Shown one piece after another: positions 18,827-28,410 of a stretch of 64,000 nt of DNA; position 1 is the stretch's first letter; each line of letters begins with the position of its first letter. Both the position numbers and the translations under genes were made by a program. The stretch comes from Brevundimonas sp. (GTDB lineage Bacteria > Pseudomonadota > Alphaproteobacteria > Caulobacterales > Caulobacteraceae). The notes under the pieces were generated by a model, which ran no database searches, had not been told where the DNA came from, and worked only from the letters and a program-made list of their open reading frames with translations. The DNA lies in the NCBI RefSeq assembly GCF_046295595.1, contig NZ_JBKBMX010000012.1, forward strand, positions 22,164 through 86,163, written 5' to 3'.

Positions 18827-19804
18827 ATGCTCCCGATACTCGCCGCCGTACTGGCCTTCATCACCATAGGCGGCCTCGGCTGGGCCTTTGTCGGCGGCGG
18901 CGACTCCAGCGACGTCGCGGTCAAACGCGCCCAGAGCTTTGGCGGCCCCAAACAGAACATGGCCGCCGCCCGCAAGGCGGCCGCCGCCAATACGCCCGAG
19001 GCTCGCCGCAAGCAGATCATGCTGCAGCTCCAGGAGTCGGAACGGGCGCAGCGCAAGGCGCGCGTCAGCCTGACCGCCAAGCTGAAGCAGGCCGGGCTGG
19101 GGACCACTGTCAGGACCTTCTGGATCATCAGCGGGGTATTGGGCGTAATCGCCTTGCTGGCGACGCTGCTGTTCGTTCCCAACATCCTCATCGCCCTCGG
19201 CGCCGCCATGGTCTTCGGCCTTGGCCTGCCGCGCTGGGTCGTCGGCTTCCTCGGCAAGAGCCGGCGCAAGAAGTTCAGCAGCCATTTCGCCGACGCCGTC
19301 GACGTCATCGTGCGCGGCATCAAGTCCGGCCTGCCGGTCCACGACTGCTTCAAGATCATCGCCCGCGAGAGCCCCGCGCCGCTGGGCGGCGAGTTCCAGA
19401 CCCTGGTCGAGGGCCTCGGCGTCGGCCTGACGCTGCAGCAGGCGCTGGACAAGATGTACGAGCGGATGCCGACGCCGGAGCTGAAATTCTTCGCCATCGT
19501 CATCGGCATCCAGCAGAAGACCGGGGGCAACCTGGCCGAAGCGCTGGGCAATCTGTCCGCCGTGCTGCGCGCCCGCAAGATGATGGGCGAGAAAATCAAG
19601 GCCCTGTCGTCGGAGGCGACGGCCTCGGCCGGCATCATCGGCTCGCTGCCGCCGGCGGTGATGATCCTCGTCAGCGTCACCACCCCGGCTTACATGGCCA
19701 AGCTTTTCACCGATCCGCGCGGACAGTTCATGCTGCTGGTCGCCGTGATGATGATGGCCCTCGGCGTCTTCGTGATGAAGCGCATGATCTCGTTCAAGTT
19801 CTAG
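18827..19804 (+). CDS. tadB: Tad inner-membrane platform protein TadB (CpaG)
   Basis: T2SSF-like: FADAVDVIVRGIKSGLP, IQQKTGGNLAEAL. Confidence 0.92.
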   Translation: MLPILAAVLAFITIGGLGWAFVGGGDSSDVAVKRAQSFGGPKQNMAAARKAAAANTPEARRKQIMLQLQESERAQRKARVSLTAKLKQAGLGTTVRTFWIISGVLGVIALLATLLFVPNILIALGAAMVFGLGLPRWVVGFLGKSRRKKFSSHFADAVDVIVRGIKSGLPVHDCFKIIARESPAPLGGEFQTLVEGLGVGLTLQQALDKMYERMPTPELKFFAIVIGIQQKTGGNLAEALGNLSAVLRARKMMGEKIKALSSEATASAGIIGSLPPAVMILVSVTTPAYMAKLFTDPRGQFMLLVAVMMMALGVFVMKRMISFKF

Positions 19805-19813
19805 GAGGGCCGG

Positions 19814-20800
19814 ATGGACGTCGTCGGCTTCTTCACCAATCTGCAGAACCTGCTCAGCATCGGCGTCGGCGTGCTGGTATTCGCAACCCTCGTCACCCTG
19901 CTCGGCTCGCTCGGCGGCGAGGCCAAGCTGGAGGGGCGGATGAAGGCCGTCGCGGTGCGCCGCGAGGAGCTGAAGCGCCGCTCGCGGCAGGCGATCGCCA
20001 GTCAGAACAGCGGCCCCCAGGGACTGCGGCACACCGACGACGGCTTCAAGAAGCGCGTCGTCGACCGGTTGAACCTGACCACCCTGCTGGAGGATCCGAA
20101 GGTCGCCGACAAGATGGCCCAGGCCGGCTATCGCGGGCCCAAGCCCCTGACCACCTTCTACTTCTTCCGCTTCTCGATGCCGTTCGTGATGCTCGCGTTG
20201 GCGGTCTTCTATGTTTTCGTCCTGAACGACTTCGGCCTGTCGGTGATGATCCGGGTCACCATCTGCATGTTCGCGGCGGTGGCCGGCTTCTATGCGCCCA
20301 ACATCTTCCTCGCCAACCGCATCGCCAAACGCCGCACCTCGATCATGCAGGCCTTCCCCGACGCGCTGGACCTGCTGCTGATCTGCGTCGAGGCCGGCAT
20401 GTCGATCGAGGCGGCGATCCAGAAGGTCAGCCAGGAGATCGGCGGCTCGTCGATCGATCTCGCCGAAGAGATGACCCTGCTGTCGGCCGAGCTGAGCTAT
20501 CTGCCCGATCGCCGCATGGCCTATGAGGGGCTGGCGAAACGCACCAACCACCCGGGCGTCAAGTCCGTGGCGACGGCGATGACCCAGGCCGAGACCTATG
20601 GCACGCCGTTGGGCTCGGCCTTGCGGACCATGGCCAAGGAGAACCGCGAGATGCGCCTGTCGGCCGCCGAGAAAAAGGCCGCCGCCCTGCCCGCCAAGCT
20701 GACCGTGCCGATGATCCTGTTCTTCCTGCCGGTGCTGTTTATCGTCATCCTGACGCCGGCGATCATCAGTATCCAGGACACCATGGCCAAGGGCGGCTGA
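19814..20800 (+). CDS. tadC: Tad inner-membrane platform protein TadC (CpaH)
   Basis: FPDALDLLLICVEAGMS, QAETYGTPL, AEKKAAALPAKLTVPM. Confidence 0.93.
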   Translation: MDVVGFFTNLQNLLSIGVGVLVFATLVTLLGSLGGEAKLEGRMKAVAVRREELKRRSRQAIASQNSGPQGLRHTDDGFKKRVVDRLNLTTLLEDPKVADKMAQAGYRGPKPLTTFYFFRFSMPFVMLALAVFYVFVLNDFGLSVMIRVTICMFAAVAGFYAPNIFLANRIAKRRTSIMQAFPDALDLLLICVEAGMSIEAAIQKVSQEIGGSSIDLAEEMTLLSAELSYLPDRRMAYEGLAKRTNHPGVKSVATAMTQAETYGTPLGSALRTMAKENREMRLSAAEKKAAALPAKLTVPMILFFLPVLFIVILTPAIISIQDTMAKGG

Positions 20801-20804
20801 GGCC

Positions 20805-21233
20805 CTATTCCGCCGCGGTCTTCAGGCCTTCGGCCACGGAATTGACCGCCGAGCGCAGGGCCTTGCGGTGGCGATCGAAATGCATCTCGCCGCGCAGGCC
20901 GGAGAAGAGGAAGCCGTTGGCGAAGATGCAGCTGCCCGGCTCCAGCTCCTCGATCTCGAAATAGCGCAAGGCGTTGAACCACAGGCCGCGCTTCTCGACC
21001 CAGACCAGCTGGGCGTAGGGCTGCCATTCGCCGACGCGGACGCTGACCCGGCGCTCGGGCAGGCCGGGAACGGCCTCCGTCAGGGCGATGGCGCCGCCGA
21101 AGGCGATCGCGCCCTCGACCGCCGTCTCGACCGGGTTCCAGCGATCCCAGGCGGGCAGGTCGGCGATGATCTCCCAGATGCGGTCGGGCGGCGCGCGGAC
21201 GCCGATGCGCTTTTCGATACGGGCGGTTTCCAT
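20805..21233 (-). CDS. SRPBCC (START/polyketide cyclase-like) domain protein
   Basis: IGVRAPPDRIWEIIADLPAWDRWNP is a typical SRPBCC N-terminus. Confidence 0.75.
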   Translation of the reverse strand: METARIEKRIGVRAPPDRIWEIIADLPAWDRWNPVETAVEGAIAFGGAIALTEAVPGLPERRVSVRVGEWQPYAQLVWVEKRGLWFNALRYFEIEELEPGSCIFANGFLFSGLRGEMHFDRHRKALRSAVNSVAEGLKTAAE

Positions 21234-21278
21234 GGCCCCGATCTGACACGGCTTTTCGACGCTGAAAAGGCCGCCGGC

Positions 21279-22574
21279 CTAGCGATTGCCCTCGGGCCCC
21301 GGCTGCGAGGCCGGCGGTGTCTCCGGCGAGGGGGTCTCGTCGCGATCGGACAGGTCGGGCGGGCCGAGGCGGAGGCGGGGGCTGATGAAGCACAGGGCGG
21401 TGGCGACAGCCAGCAGCAGGGCGTTGGCGACGAAGGGCGCCGGCTCGGCCAGTTCGTAGAGGGCGACGCCGATGACCGGCGGGCCGAGGAAGCTGAGCCC
21501 GGCCAGCGACATCATCAGACCGGCCACGGCGCCCTGCTCGTGCGGCCCGACGGACAGGGACGAGCCGGCGGTGAATCCGGGGCGGGCGAAGCCGACGCCC
21601 ATGGACACCACGGCATAGCCGACCACCACGCCGTAGTAGCCGGGGGCGAGGATGGTCAGGATGTTGCCGAGCATCGCCAGGCCGGCCCCCCAGCGCATCA
21701 GGTCGGCCGCCTGCAGGCGCAGCAGCGGGATCAGACCCCACTGGGCCAGCAGGGTGGCGGCGGCGCCGGCGAACATGGCGATGCTGATGAACGGCAGGGC
21801 CTCGTCGGGGCCGGCTCCCGGCTGGGTGATCACGTCGATGACGTGGAAGCCGAGGACCGAGATGTTGATGGCCTGGGCCCCCGTGACGAGCAGGCCATAC
21901 AGCAGGAAGTCACGGACCCGGGGGTCCTTCCACAGCCCCTTGTCGGCGCGGCGGCCGCTGGGGCTGGGGGTGCGGGTCACTTCGCCACTTGGCAGGCGGC
22001 GCCACACGACCAGCAGGACGATCGCGCCAAACAGGGCGAAGGCGTACATTGGGCCGGCGAGGCCGACGATCGGCAAAACCAGCAGCGGCGCAAAGGTCGG
22101 ACCGATCACCGTGCCGAGACCCTGGGCCGAGGCCAGCATCGACATGGCCTGGGTACGCTGTTCCGGCGTGGTGCGGTCGGCGACATAGGCCTGGGAGGCG
22201 ATCGGCGCGGCCGAGCCGAAGACGCCGTAGATCCCGCGCGCCACGGCCATCAGGATGAAGGCGAGGCCGGCGCCGAGCCACTGTTCGAGCCCGGCGGTGG
22301 CGGCGAGGCCGAAGCCGCTCATCGACAGGATGAAGCCGGCGAGGCCGATCATCATCACCTTCTTGCGGCCCAGCCGGTCCGACAGCCGGGCCCAGAAGGG
22401 CGAGGCGACGGTCCACATCAGGGCGGAGATGGCGAAGGCGGCGGCGACGAGGGTGTCGGCCAGCCGAAACTCGCGGCCGATGGCCGGCAGCACCGACTGC
22501 AGCGCCATATTCCCCGCGGCCGCGATCAGGCTGACCGAGAACAGGATGGCGAAGGCGGGCGAGCGGAGGTTCAC
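21279..22574 (-). CDS. MFS transporter (TetA/DHA1-like)
   Basis: Motif A WARLSDRLGRKKV, AYVADRT, about 12 TM; GTG start. Confidence 0.88.
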   Translation of the reverse strand: MNLRSPAFAILFSVSLIAAAGNMALQSVLPAIGREFRLADTLVAAAFAISALMWTVASPFWARLSDRLGRKKVMMIGLAGFILSMSGFGLAATAGLEQWLGAGLAFILMAVARGIYGVFGSAAPIASQAYVADRTTPEQRTQAMSMLASAQGLGTVIGPTFAPLLVLPIVGLAGPMYAFALFGAIVLLVVWRRLPSGEVTRTPSPSGRRADKGLWKDPRVRDFLLYGLLVTGAQAINISVLGFHVIDVITQPGAGPDEALPFISIAMFAGAAATLLAQWGLIPLLRLQAADLMRWGAGLAMLGNILTILAPGYYGVVVGYAVVSMGVGFARPGFTAGSSLSVGPHEQGAVAGLMMSLAGLSFLGPPVIGVALYELAEPAPFVANALLLAVATALCFISPRLRLGPPDLSDRDETPSPETPPASQPGPEGNR

Positions 22575-22698
22575 CAGGCGACGTTAGGACGGTCCGGCGG
22601 CGGGGTCATCCCCTGTCGGGCGGCGGCGGGTGGAAACCACATTTCTCAATCGTCCGGCAAGGATCGGGGCGCAGCCTCGTTCGGCTGAGGAGGCGCCC

Positions 22699-22836
22699 AT
22701 GAGACAACTTGGTGTTCAGATGCGGCCGATGACGCTGCAGCGGCGGGGTGGTCCCCTGCGCGAGGCCTTCTTCTTCCTCGTCGCCTTCGTCGCGATGTTC
22801 GGCGGCGCGATGCTGGGCCTCGACCTGCTGATCTAG
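22699..22836 (+). CDS. Putative 45-aa single-TM small protein
   Basis: GAGGAGG RBS 5 nt before ATG 22699; MRQLGVQMRPMTLQRRGGPLREAFFFLVAFVAMFGGAMLGLDLLI. Confidence 0.6.
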   Translation: MRQLGVQMRPMTLQRRGGPLREAFFFLVAFVAMFGGAMLGLDLLI

Positions 22837-24029
22837 GGGCGGTCGAAGAAGGTCTGGATGACGCGGCGGTAGACTTCGGTCAGGGCCTCGATCTCGGCGA
22901 CCGGTGCGCGCTCGTCGATCTGGTGCATGGTCTGGCCGACGAGGCCGAGCTCCAGCACCGGGGCCATGGCGCGGATGAAGCGGGCGTCGGAGGTGCCGCC
23001 GGTGGTCGAGGCCTCGGGGCGGCGGCCGGCGGCGGCCTCGACCGCGTCCTGCACCCCGGTGACGAAGGGGCCGGGCTCGGTCAGGAAGGCGTCGCCCGAG
23101 CACAGGTGCTCCAGCTCGATGCGCAGGCCGCTGTCGGCCTGGGCCTCGCCGGCCATGGCGTTGAGCCAGGCGATCAGGCTGTCGCCGGTATGGGTCGGGT
23201 TAAAGCGGATGTTGAGCCGGGCCCGGGCCTCGGCGGGAATGACGTTGGTCGCCGGATTGCCGATGTCGATGGTGGTGATCTCGAGGTTGGACGGCTGGAA
23301 GCCCTGATAGCCGTCGTCGAGCCGGTGATCGGCGAGCCGGGCCATCAGCCGGGCCATGACCGGGGCGGGGTTGGCGGCGCGGTCGGGATAGGCGACGTGG
23401 CCCTGTTTGCCGTGGACGGTGATCCATGTGTTGAGCGAGCCGCGGCGGCCGATCTTGATCATGTCGCCGAGGGCGTGCTGCGACGAGGGCTCGCCGACGA
23501 TGCAGGCGTCGATCACCTCGCCCTCGGCCATCAGGGTCTCGACCACGCGCTTGGTGCCGTGCAGGGCCGGGCCTTCCTCGTCGCCGGTGATCAGGAACGA
23601 GAGGGAGCCCGCCACCTCGCCCTCGGCCAACACGCGGGAGACGGCGGCGATCCAGGCGGCGATGCCGCCCTTCATGTCGACGGCGCCGCGGCCGTAGAGG
23701 ACGCCGTCGCGGACCTCGGCCTCGAACGGGCCGGCGGACCAGGCCTCGGCGGCGCCGGTCGGGACCACGTCGGTGTGGCCGGCGAAGCAGAGGTTGGGCG
23801 AGGCCGTCCCGCGCCGGGCGTAGAGGTTCTCGATGACATTCCGGTCGCCTACCGCTTCGCTACTTGAGGCGGGGCCGAACGGGAGACGGCGGCAGTGGAA
23901 GCCGAGGCCGGTCAGGACGCGTTCGATCAGGTCCATCGCGCCCTCGTCGGCGGGGGTGACGGACGGTTTGCGGATCAGGTCGCGGGTCAGTTCGACAGGA
24001 TCGATAACCGGATGTGATGCGGCGCTCAT
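22833..24029 (-). CDS. dapE: Succinyl-diaminopimelate desuccinylase
   Basis: LCFAGHTDVVP, GRGAVDMKG, ITGDEEGPA, VGEPS, GRRGS, HGKQGHVAYP, GGTSDARF, HQIDE. ATG 24029. Confidence 0.95.
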   Translation of the reverse strand: MSAASHPVIDPVELTRDLIRKPSVTPADEGAMDLIERVLTGLGFHCRRLPFGPASSSEAVGDRNVIENLYARRGTASPNLCFAGHTDVVPTGAAEAWSAGPFEAEVRDGVLYGRGAVDMKGGIAAWIAAVSRVLAEGEVAGSLSFLITGDEEGPALHGTKRVVETLMAEGEVIDACIVGEPSSQHALGDMIKIGRRGSLNTWITVHGKQGHVAYPDRAANPAPVMARLMARLADHRLDDGYQGFQPSNLEITTIDIGNPATNVIPAEARARLNIRFNPTHTGDSLIAWLNAMAGEAQADSGLRIELEHLCSGDAFLTEPGPFVTGVQDAVEAAAGRRPEASTTGGTSDARFIRAMAPVLELGLVGQTMHQIDERAPVAEIEALTEVYRRVIQTFFDRP

Positions 24030-24077
24030 GGACCTGTGCTTTAGGGGGTTCGGACGATGGCGAGAAGGCTTGTCTCC

Positions 24078-24554
24078 ATGCCGAAGATCGATATCGACAG
24101 GGCGCCGACCGGACACGGGACGGCCTATCCCGAGGAATTCGCCGGGCCGTGCAAGCCGCGCCGGCGCTGGCGGCTGGGCGACGCGGCCGGACTGGACCAG
24201 TTCGGGGTCAATCTGCTGCGCCTGCCGGACGGCGCCTGGTCGAGCCAGAGGCACTGGCACGCGGGCGAGGACGAGTTCGTCTGGGTGCTGTCGGGCGAGG
24301 TGGTGCTGGTCGAGGAGGACGGCGAGACGGTGCTGCGCGCCGGCGACTGCGCGGGGTTCAAGGCCGGCGTCCAGAACGGCCACAAGATCGAGAACCGGTC
24401 GGGGGCCGAGGCGGTTCTGCTGGAGGTCGGGACGCGGTCGGCGACGACCGACGCCTGCGACTATCCCGATATCGACATGGTCCTGCCGGCGGGGGCCGAG
24501 GGCTATGCCCGCCGGGACGGGACCCCCTATGCGAAGGTTGAGCGGCGGACGTGA
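24078..24554 (+). CDS. Cupin domain protein
   Basis: LGDAAGLDQFGVN, SSQRHWHAGEDEF, FKAGVQNGH, YPDIDM. Confidence 0.88.
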   Translation: MPKIDIDRAPTGHGTAYPEEFAGPCKPRRRWRLGDAAGLDQFGVNLLRLPDGAWSSQRHWHAGEDEFVWVLSGEVVLVEEDGETVLRAGDCAGFKAGVQNGHKIENRSGAEAVLLEVGTRSATTDACDYPDIDMVLPAGAEGYARRDGTPYAKVERRT

Positions 24555-25840
24555 CGGTTGAGAGCGTAGACACGGGGGCGCCGACCCCGCCGGTTCCGCC
24601 CGGAGACGGAGGGCCGTCCAGCCCGTGGGCCATCCGCGACTTCCGCCTGCTGTGGGTCGGGCGGGTGGCGGCGGTGCTGGGCATCCAGATCCAGTCCTCG
24701 GCCCTGCTGTGGCAGGTCTATGAGATCGCCCGGCGCGACCATCCGATCGCCGAGGCCAGCCTGTATCTGGGCCTCGTCGGCCTGTGCCAGTTCCTGCCGC
24801 TGCTGGCCCTGACCCTGCCGGCCGGAGCCCTGGCCGACCGGCGCGACCGCAAGAACACCGTCACCCTGTCGATCTTGGTCGAGGCCAGCTGCGCCGTCGG
24901 CTTCCTGCTGATGGCGCTGCACGGGAACCCGCCGCTGTGGGGGCTGCTGGCGGTCGCCGCCCTGTTCGGCGCGGCGCGCGCCTTCCTCGCCCCGGCCAGC
25001 CAGGCGTTTCTGCCGATGGTGGTGGGGCGTCGGGCCCTGCCCCCGGCCATCGCGGCCCAGTCGATCGCCTTCCAGACCGGGGCCATCGCCGGCCCAGCCC
25101 TGGGCGGCGTCATTGTCGCCCTGTCGATTCCGCTGGCCTATGCCTCGGCCCTGGCGATGTTCGCCGTCGGCATCGGCAGCCTGCTGCTGATCCGCACCAG
25201 CGGCAAGCCGGCCCCGTCGCCGACGCGGGTCAAGGTCGTCGATCAGGTCAAGGAGGGTCTGGCCTATGTCTGGAACACCAAGATCGTGCTGGGCGCCATT
25301 TCGCTGGACCTGGTCGTGGTGCTGCTGGCCGGGGTCGCCCTGCTGACGCCGATCTTCGCGCGCGACATCCTGCATGTCGGGGCGGTCGGCTTCGGCCTGC
25401 TGCGGGCCTCGTTCGGCGCCGGGGCGCTTCTGGTGGCGCTGTATCTGAGCCGCTTCCCGATCGTGAAACACGCCGGGCGGTGGATGTTCGCCGCCGTGGC
25501 GGTGTTCGGCGTCTGCACCCTGACCTTCGGCCTGTCGAAGAGCGTCTGGCTGTCGGGGGCGGTGCTGTTCCTCGGCGGAGCCGCCGACATGATCAGCGTC
25601 AACATCCGCCAGACCCTGATCCAGCTGTCGACGCCCGACCATATGCGCGGCCGGGTCAGTTCGGTGTCGATGCTGTTCATCGGCGCCTCGAACGAGCTGG
25701 GCGAGGCCTATTCCGGGGTGGCGGTGCGCTTCCTCGGCCCGATCGGGGCGGCGGTTTTCGGCGGCTTCGGCGCGCTGGCGGCGACGGGGATCTGGGCCAA
25801 GCTGTTCCCGGGGCTGAGGAAGGCCGACCGGCTGAGCTGA
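24551..25840 (+). CDS. MFS transporter (EntS/H+ antiporter-like)
   Basis: RDFRLLW, AGALADRRDRK, IRQTLIQLSTPDHMRGRVSS. Confidence 0.9.
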   Translation: MTVESVDTGAPTPPVPPGDGGPSSPWAIRDFRLLWVGRVAAVLGIQIQSSALLWQVYEIARRDHPIAEASLYLGLVGLCQFLPLLALTLPAGALADRRDRKNTVTLSILVEASCAVGFLLMALHGNPPLWGLLAVAALFGAARAFLAPASQAFLPMVVGRRALPPAIAAQSIAFQTGAIAGPALGGVIVALSIPLAYASALAMFAVGIGSLLLIRTSGKPAPSPTRVKVVDQVKEGLAYVWNTKIVLGAISLDLVVVLLAGVALLTPIFARDILHVGAVGFGLLRASFGAGALLVALYLSRFPIVKHAGRWMFAAVAVFGVCTLTFGLSKSVWLSGAVLFLGGAADMISVNIRQTLIQLSTPDHMRGRVSSVSMLFIGASNELGEAYSGVAVRFLGPIGAAVFGGFGALAATGIWAKLFPGLRKADRLS

Positions 25841-26082
25841 TCCCCGACCGGAGTGAAAAACAGTCCGATGAGTCTCTAGAGTCCCTTGAGCCCGGGGGTG
25901 GGTTCGATTGTCAAAGACCGGCGCGATCACCCCGCTTGCGGCGGGAGGGACGCATTATACGCCGGTCCGTTCCTGTGCACAGGAAGACCGGTTTAGCGAC
26001 AGGTCATGGGGTTGATTCTGAAGAGAATTGACCTGCTGAACCCGACTATGGATTCGCGGATTGTCAGCACAGCGTCATGGGC

Positions 26083-26259
26083 TCACCTCTCCATTCGCGA
26101 AGGCGAATGGGGAGGACAGATCGGCGCGTCAGCGACGATCAGGTGGGGGCGGCGCCGACGGTGAGGGAGTCCGGCGCGAACCCACATCTGACGGAGCCGC
26201 CCCCTCCTGACCGCTTCGCGATCTGTCCTCCCCATCGGCCTTCGCCGACGGGGAGGTGA
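26083..26259. repeat. Palindromic intergenic element, copy A (177 bp)
   Basis: Termini TCACCTCTCC / GGGGAGGTGA and nested hairpins. The arms are near-identical to 41325-41497. It lies between convergent genes. Confidence 0.9.
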
Positions 26260-26281
26260 ACGGCTGGCCGCCCTCTCTTTC

Positions 26282-28165
26282 CTACTGGCAGGCGAGGCAC
26301 TCGTCGTAGTCGGTGCGGGCGGCGCTGAAGAGGTCGGGCTGGTTGACGTCGACCTCGACCTCGGCCTTGTTCTCGGCTCCGGCGAAGGCGGCGCGCTGCA
26401 CCGATTTGGAGCGCAGGTAGTAGAGCGACTTCACGCCGGTCTCCCACGCGCGCCAGTGCAGCATGTGCAGGTCCCATTTGTCGACGTCGCCCGGGATGAA
26501 CAGGTTGATCGACTGGGCCTGGCAGATTTCCGGCGCGCGGTCGGCGGCCAGTTCGACCACCCAGCGCTGGTCCAGCTCGAAGGCGGTCTTGAAGATGGCC
26601 TTCTCGTCCTCGTCGAGGACGTCGAGGTGCTGGACCGAGCCCTCGTGCTCGAGGATCGAGGACCAGATGATGTCGGTGTCGGCGCCGCGCGAGGCCAGCA
26701 CCTTCTCGAGATAGGGGTTCTTGACCGCGAAGGAGCCCGACAGGGTCTTGTGGGTGTAGATATTGGCCGGGATCGGCTCGATGCCGGCGCTGGTGCCGCC
26801 GCAGATGATCGAGATCGAGGCGGTCGGGGCGATGGCCATCTTGTGGCTGAACCGCTCCATCACGCCGCGCTCGGCGGCGTCCTCGCACGGGCCCTTCTCC
26901 TCGGCCAGCAGGCGGCTGGCCTTGTCGGCCTCGCGGCGCAGGTGTTTGAACAGCCGCATGTTCCACGACTTGGCCATGGCCGATTCGAAGGCCACGCCCT
27001 GGGCCTGGAGGAAGGAGTGGAAGCCCATCAGGCCGAGGCCGACCGAGCGCTCGCGCTTGGCCGAATAGACGGCTGCGGCCATCGCCGGCGGGGCGCGGCG
27101 GATGAAGTCTTCCAGCACATTGTCGAGGAAGCGCATGACGTCCTCGACGAATTTCGGCTCCTCGCGCCATTCGAGGAAGGTCTCGGCATTGACCGAGGAC
27201 AGGCAGCAGACGGCGGTGCGGTCGACGCCGAGGTGGTCGCGGCCGGTGTGCAGCATGATCTCGGCGCACAGGTTGGACTGTTTGACCGACAGGCCCAGCT
27301 CGCGCTGGTGCGGCGCCATCTGGCGGTTCACCGTATCGGAGAAGATCAGATAGGGCTCGCCGGTCTGCAGGCGGATCTCGAGGATCTTCTGCCACAGGGC
27401 GCGGGCGTCGACGGTCTTGAGAACCTCGCCGTCCTTGGGCGACTTGAGATCGAAGGTCTTGCCGTCACGGACCGCGAACATGAATTCGTCGGTGATGTTG
27501 ATGCCGTGGTGCAGGTTCAGCGACTTGCGATTGAAGTCGCCCGACGGTTTGCGGATCTCGAGGAACTCCTCGATCTCGGGGTGGTGGACGTCGAGATAGA
27601 CGGCCGCCGAACCGCGCCGCAGCGAGCCCTGGCTGATGGCGAGGGTCAGGGAGTCCATCACGCGAATGAAGGGGATGATGCCCGAGGTCTGGCCCGCGCC
27701 CTTGACCTTCTCGCCGATGGAGCGGACGCCGCCCCAGTAGGTGCCGATGCCGCCGCCGTTGGAGGCGAGGGAGACGTTCTCGTTCCAGACGCTCTGGATG
27801 CCGTCGAGGCTGTCGCCGACGGCGTTGAGGAAGCAGGAGATCGGCAGGCCGCGATCGGCGCCGCCGTTGGACAGCACCGGGGTGGCCGGCATGAACCACA
27901 GCTTCGACATATAGTCATAGACGCGCTGGGCATGGTCGGAGTCGTCGGCATAGGCCGTGGCGACCCGGGCGAACATGTCCTGGTAGGACTCGCCGGCCAG
28001 CAGGTAGCGGTCTTCCAGCGTCTTCTTGCCGAAATCGGTCAGCAGGTCGTCGCGCGACCGGTCCAACTGGATGGACGGAACCACCTTGAGCACGGGTCGA
28101 TCAGCGCCGTCCGCGGCCGCAACCGACTGGAAATCCACTGTCTTCAACGCTTCGCCGCCGGCCAT
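26282..28165 (-). CDS. nrdA: Ribonucleoside-diphosphate reductase class Ia alpha subunit (no ATP cone)
   Basis: FMPATPVLSN, PISCFL, SNLCAEI, MAIAPTASISI. The Tyr pair SLYYLRS and C-terminal ECLACQ indicate class I. Start at 28165 (ATG) or 28174 (GTG). Confidence 0.93.
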   Translation of the reverse strand: MAGGEALKTVDFQSVAAADGADRPVLKVVPSIQLDRSRDDLLTDFGKKTLEDRYLLAGESYQDMFARVATAYADDSDHAQRVYDYMSKLWFMPATPVLSNGGADRGLPISCFLNAVGDSLDGIQSVWNENVSLASNGGGIGTYWGGVRSIGEKVKGAGQTSGIIPFIRVMDSLTLAISQGSLRRGSAAVYLDVHHPEIEEFLEIRKPSGDFNRKSLNLHHGINITDEFMFAVRDGKTFDLKSPKDGEVLKTVDARALWQKILEIRLQTGEPYLIFSDTVNRQMAPHQRELGLSVKQSNLCAEIMLHTGRDHLGVDRTAVCCLSSVNAETFLEWREEPKFVEDVMRFLDNVLEDFIRRAPPAMAAAVYSAKRERSVGLGLMGFHSFLQAQGVAFESAMAKSWNMRLFKHLRREADKASRLLAEEKGPCEDAAERGVMERFSHKMAIAPTASISIICGGTSAGIEPIPANIYTHKTLSGSFAVKNPYLEKVLASRGADTDIIWSSILEHEGSVQHLDVLDEDEKAIFKTAFELDQRWVVELAADRAPEICQAQSINLFIPGDVDKWDLHMLHWRAWETGVKSLYYLRSKSVQRAAFAGAENKAEVEVDVNQPDLFSAARTDYDECLACQ

Positions 28166-28214
28166 AATCGTCACTGCCCTGAACTGATATCGAATGAGAT
28201 GTCCGCGCCGGTGA

Positions 28215-28261
28215 CCACATCATCTAGTGGCCGAAGCGCTCCCCAAGCCCACATATAGCGC
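28215..28261. promoter_or_regulatory. Tandem NrdR boxes
   Basis: CCACATCATCTAGTGG (28215-28230) and AGCCCACATATAGCGC (28246-28261) are offset by 31 bp upstream of nrdA. Both resemble acaCwAtATaTwGtgt. Confidence 0.75.
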
Positions 28262-28410
28262 GCAGATGGCTAACCAACCGTCAACGGGGTTGACGATCAC
28301 TTTGTGAGCGAATCGCCATCAAGACGGGGGATGAGCCTGTGGACAGGCCGCGACGACAGGATGACGGGGGCGTGACGCCGGTCGCCGGAACCGATCACGA
28401 ACGCGTGAGG

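Noticed and set aside
26006-26164. 52-aa plus-strand ORF MGLILKRIDLLNPTMDSR... and track ORFs 26077..26259 and 41186..41497
   Set aside because: They run through the palindromic repeat, have atypical codons and a weak RBS, and show no recognisable motif.
26083-26259. IS element or tRNA/known structural RNA
   Set aside because: No transposase ORF or target duplication, and no cloverleaf, T-loop or SRP/6S/tmRNA signature recognised. Treated as a non-autonomous repeat.
28252-28284. Sigma70 promoter for nrdA from TTGACG and GCTATAT
   Set aside because: The spacing is about 4 nt too long for a housekeeping promoter.
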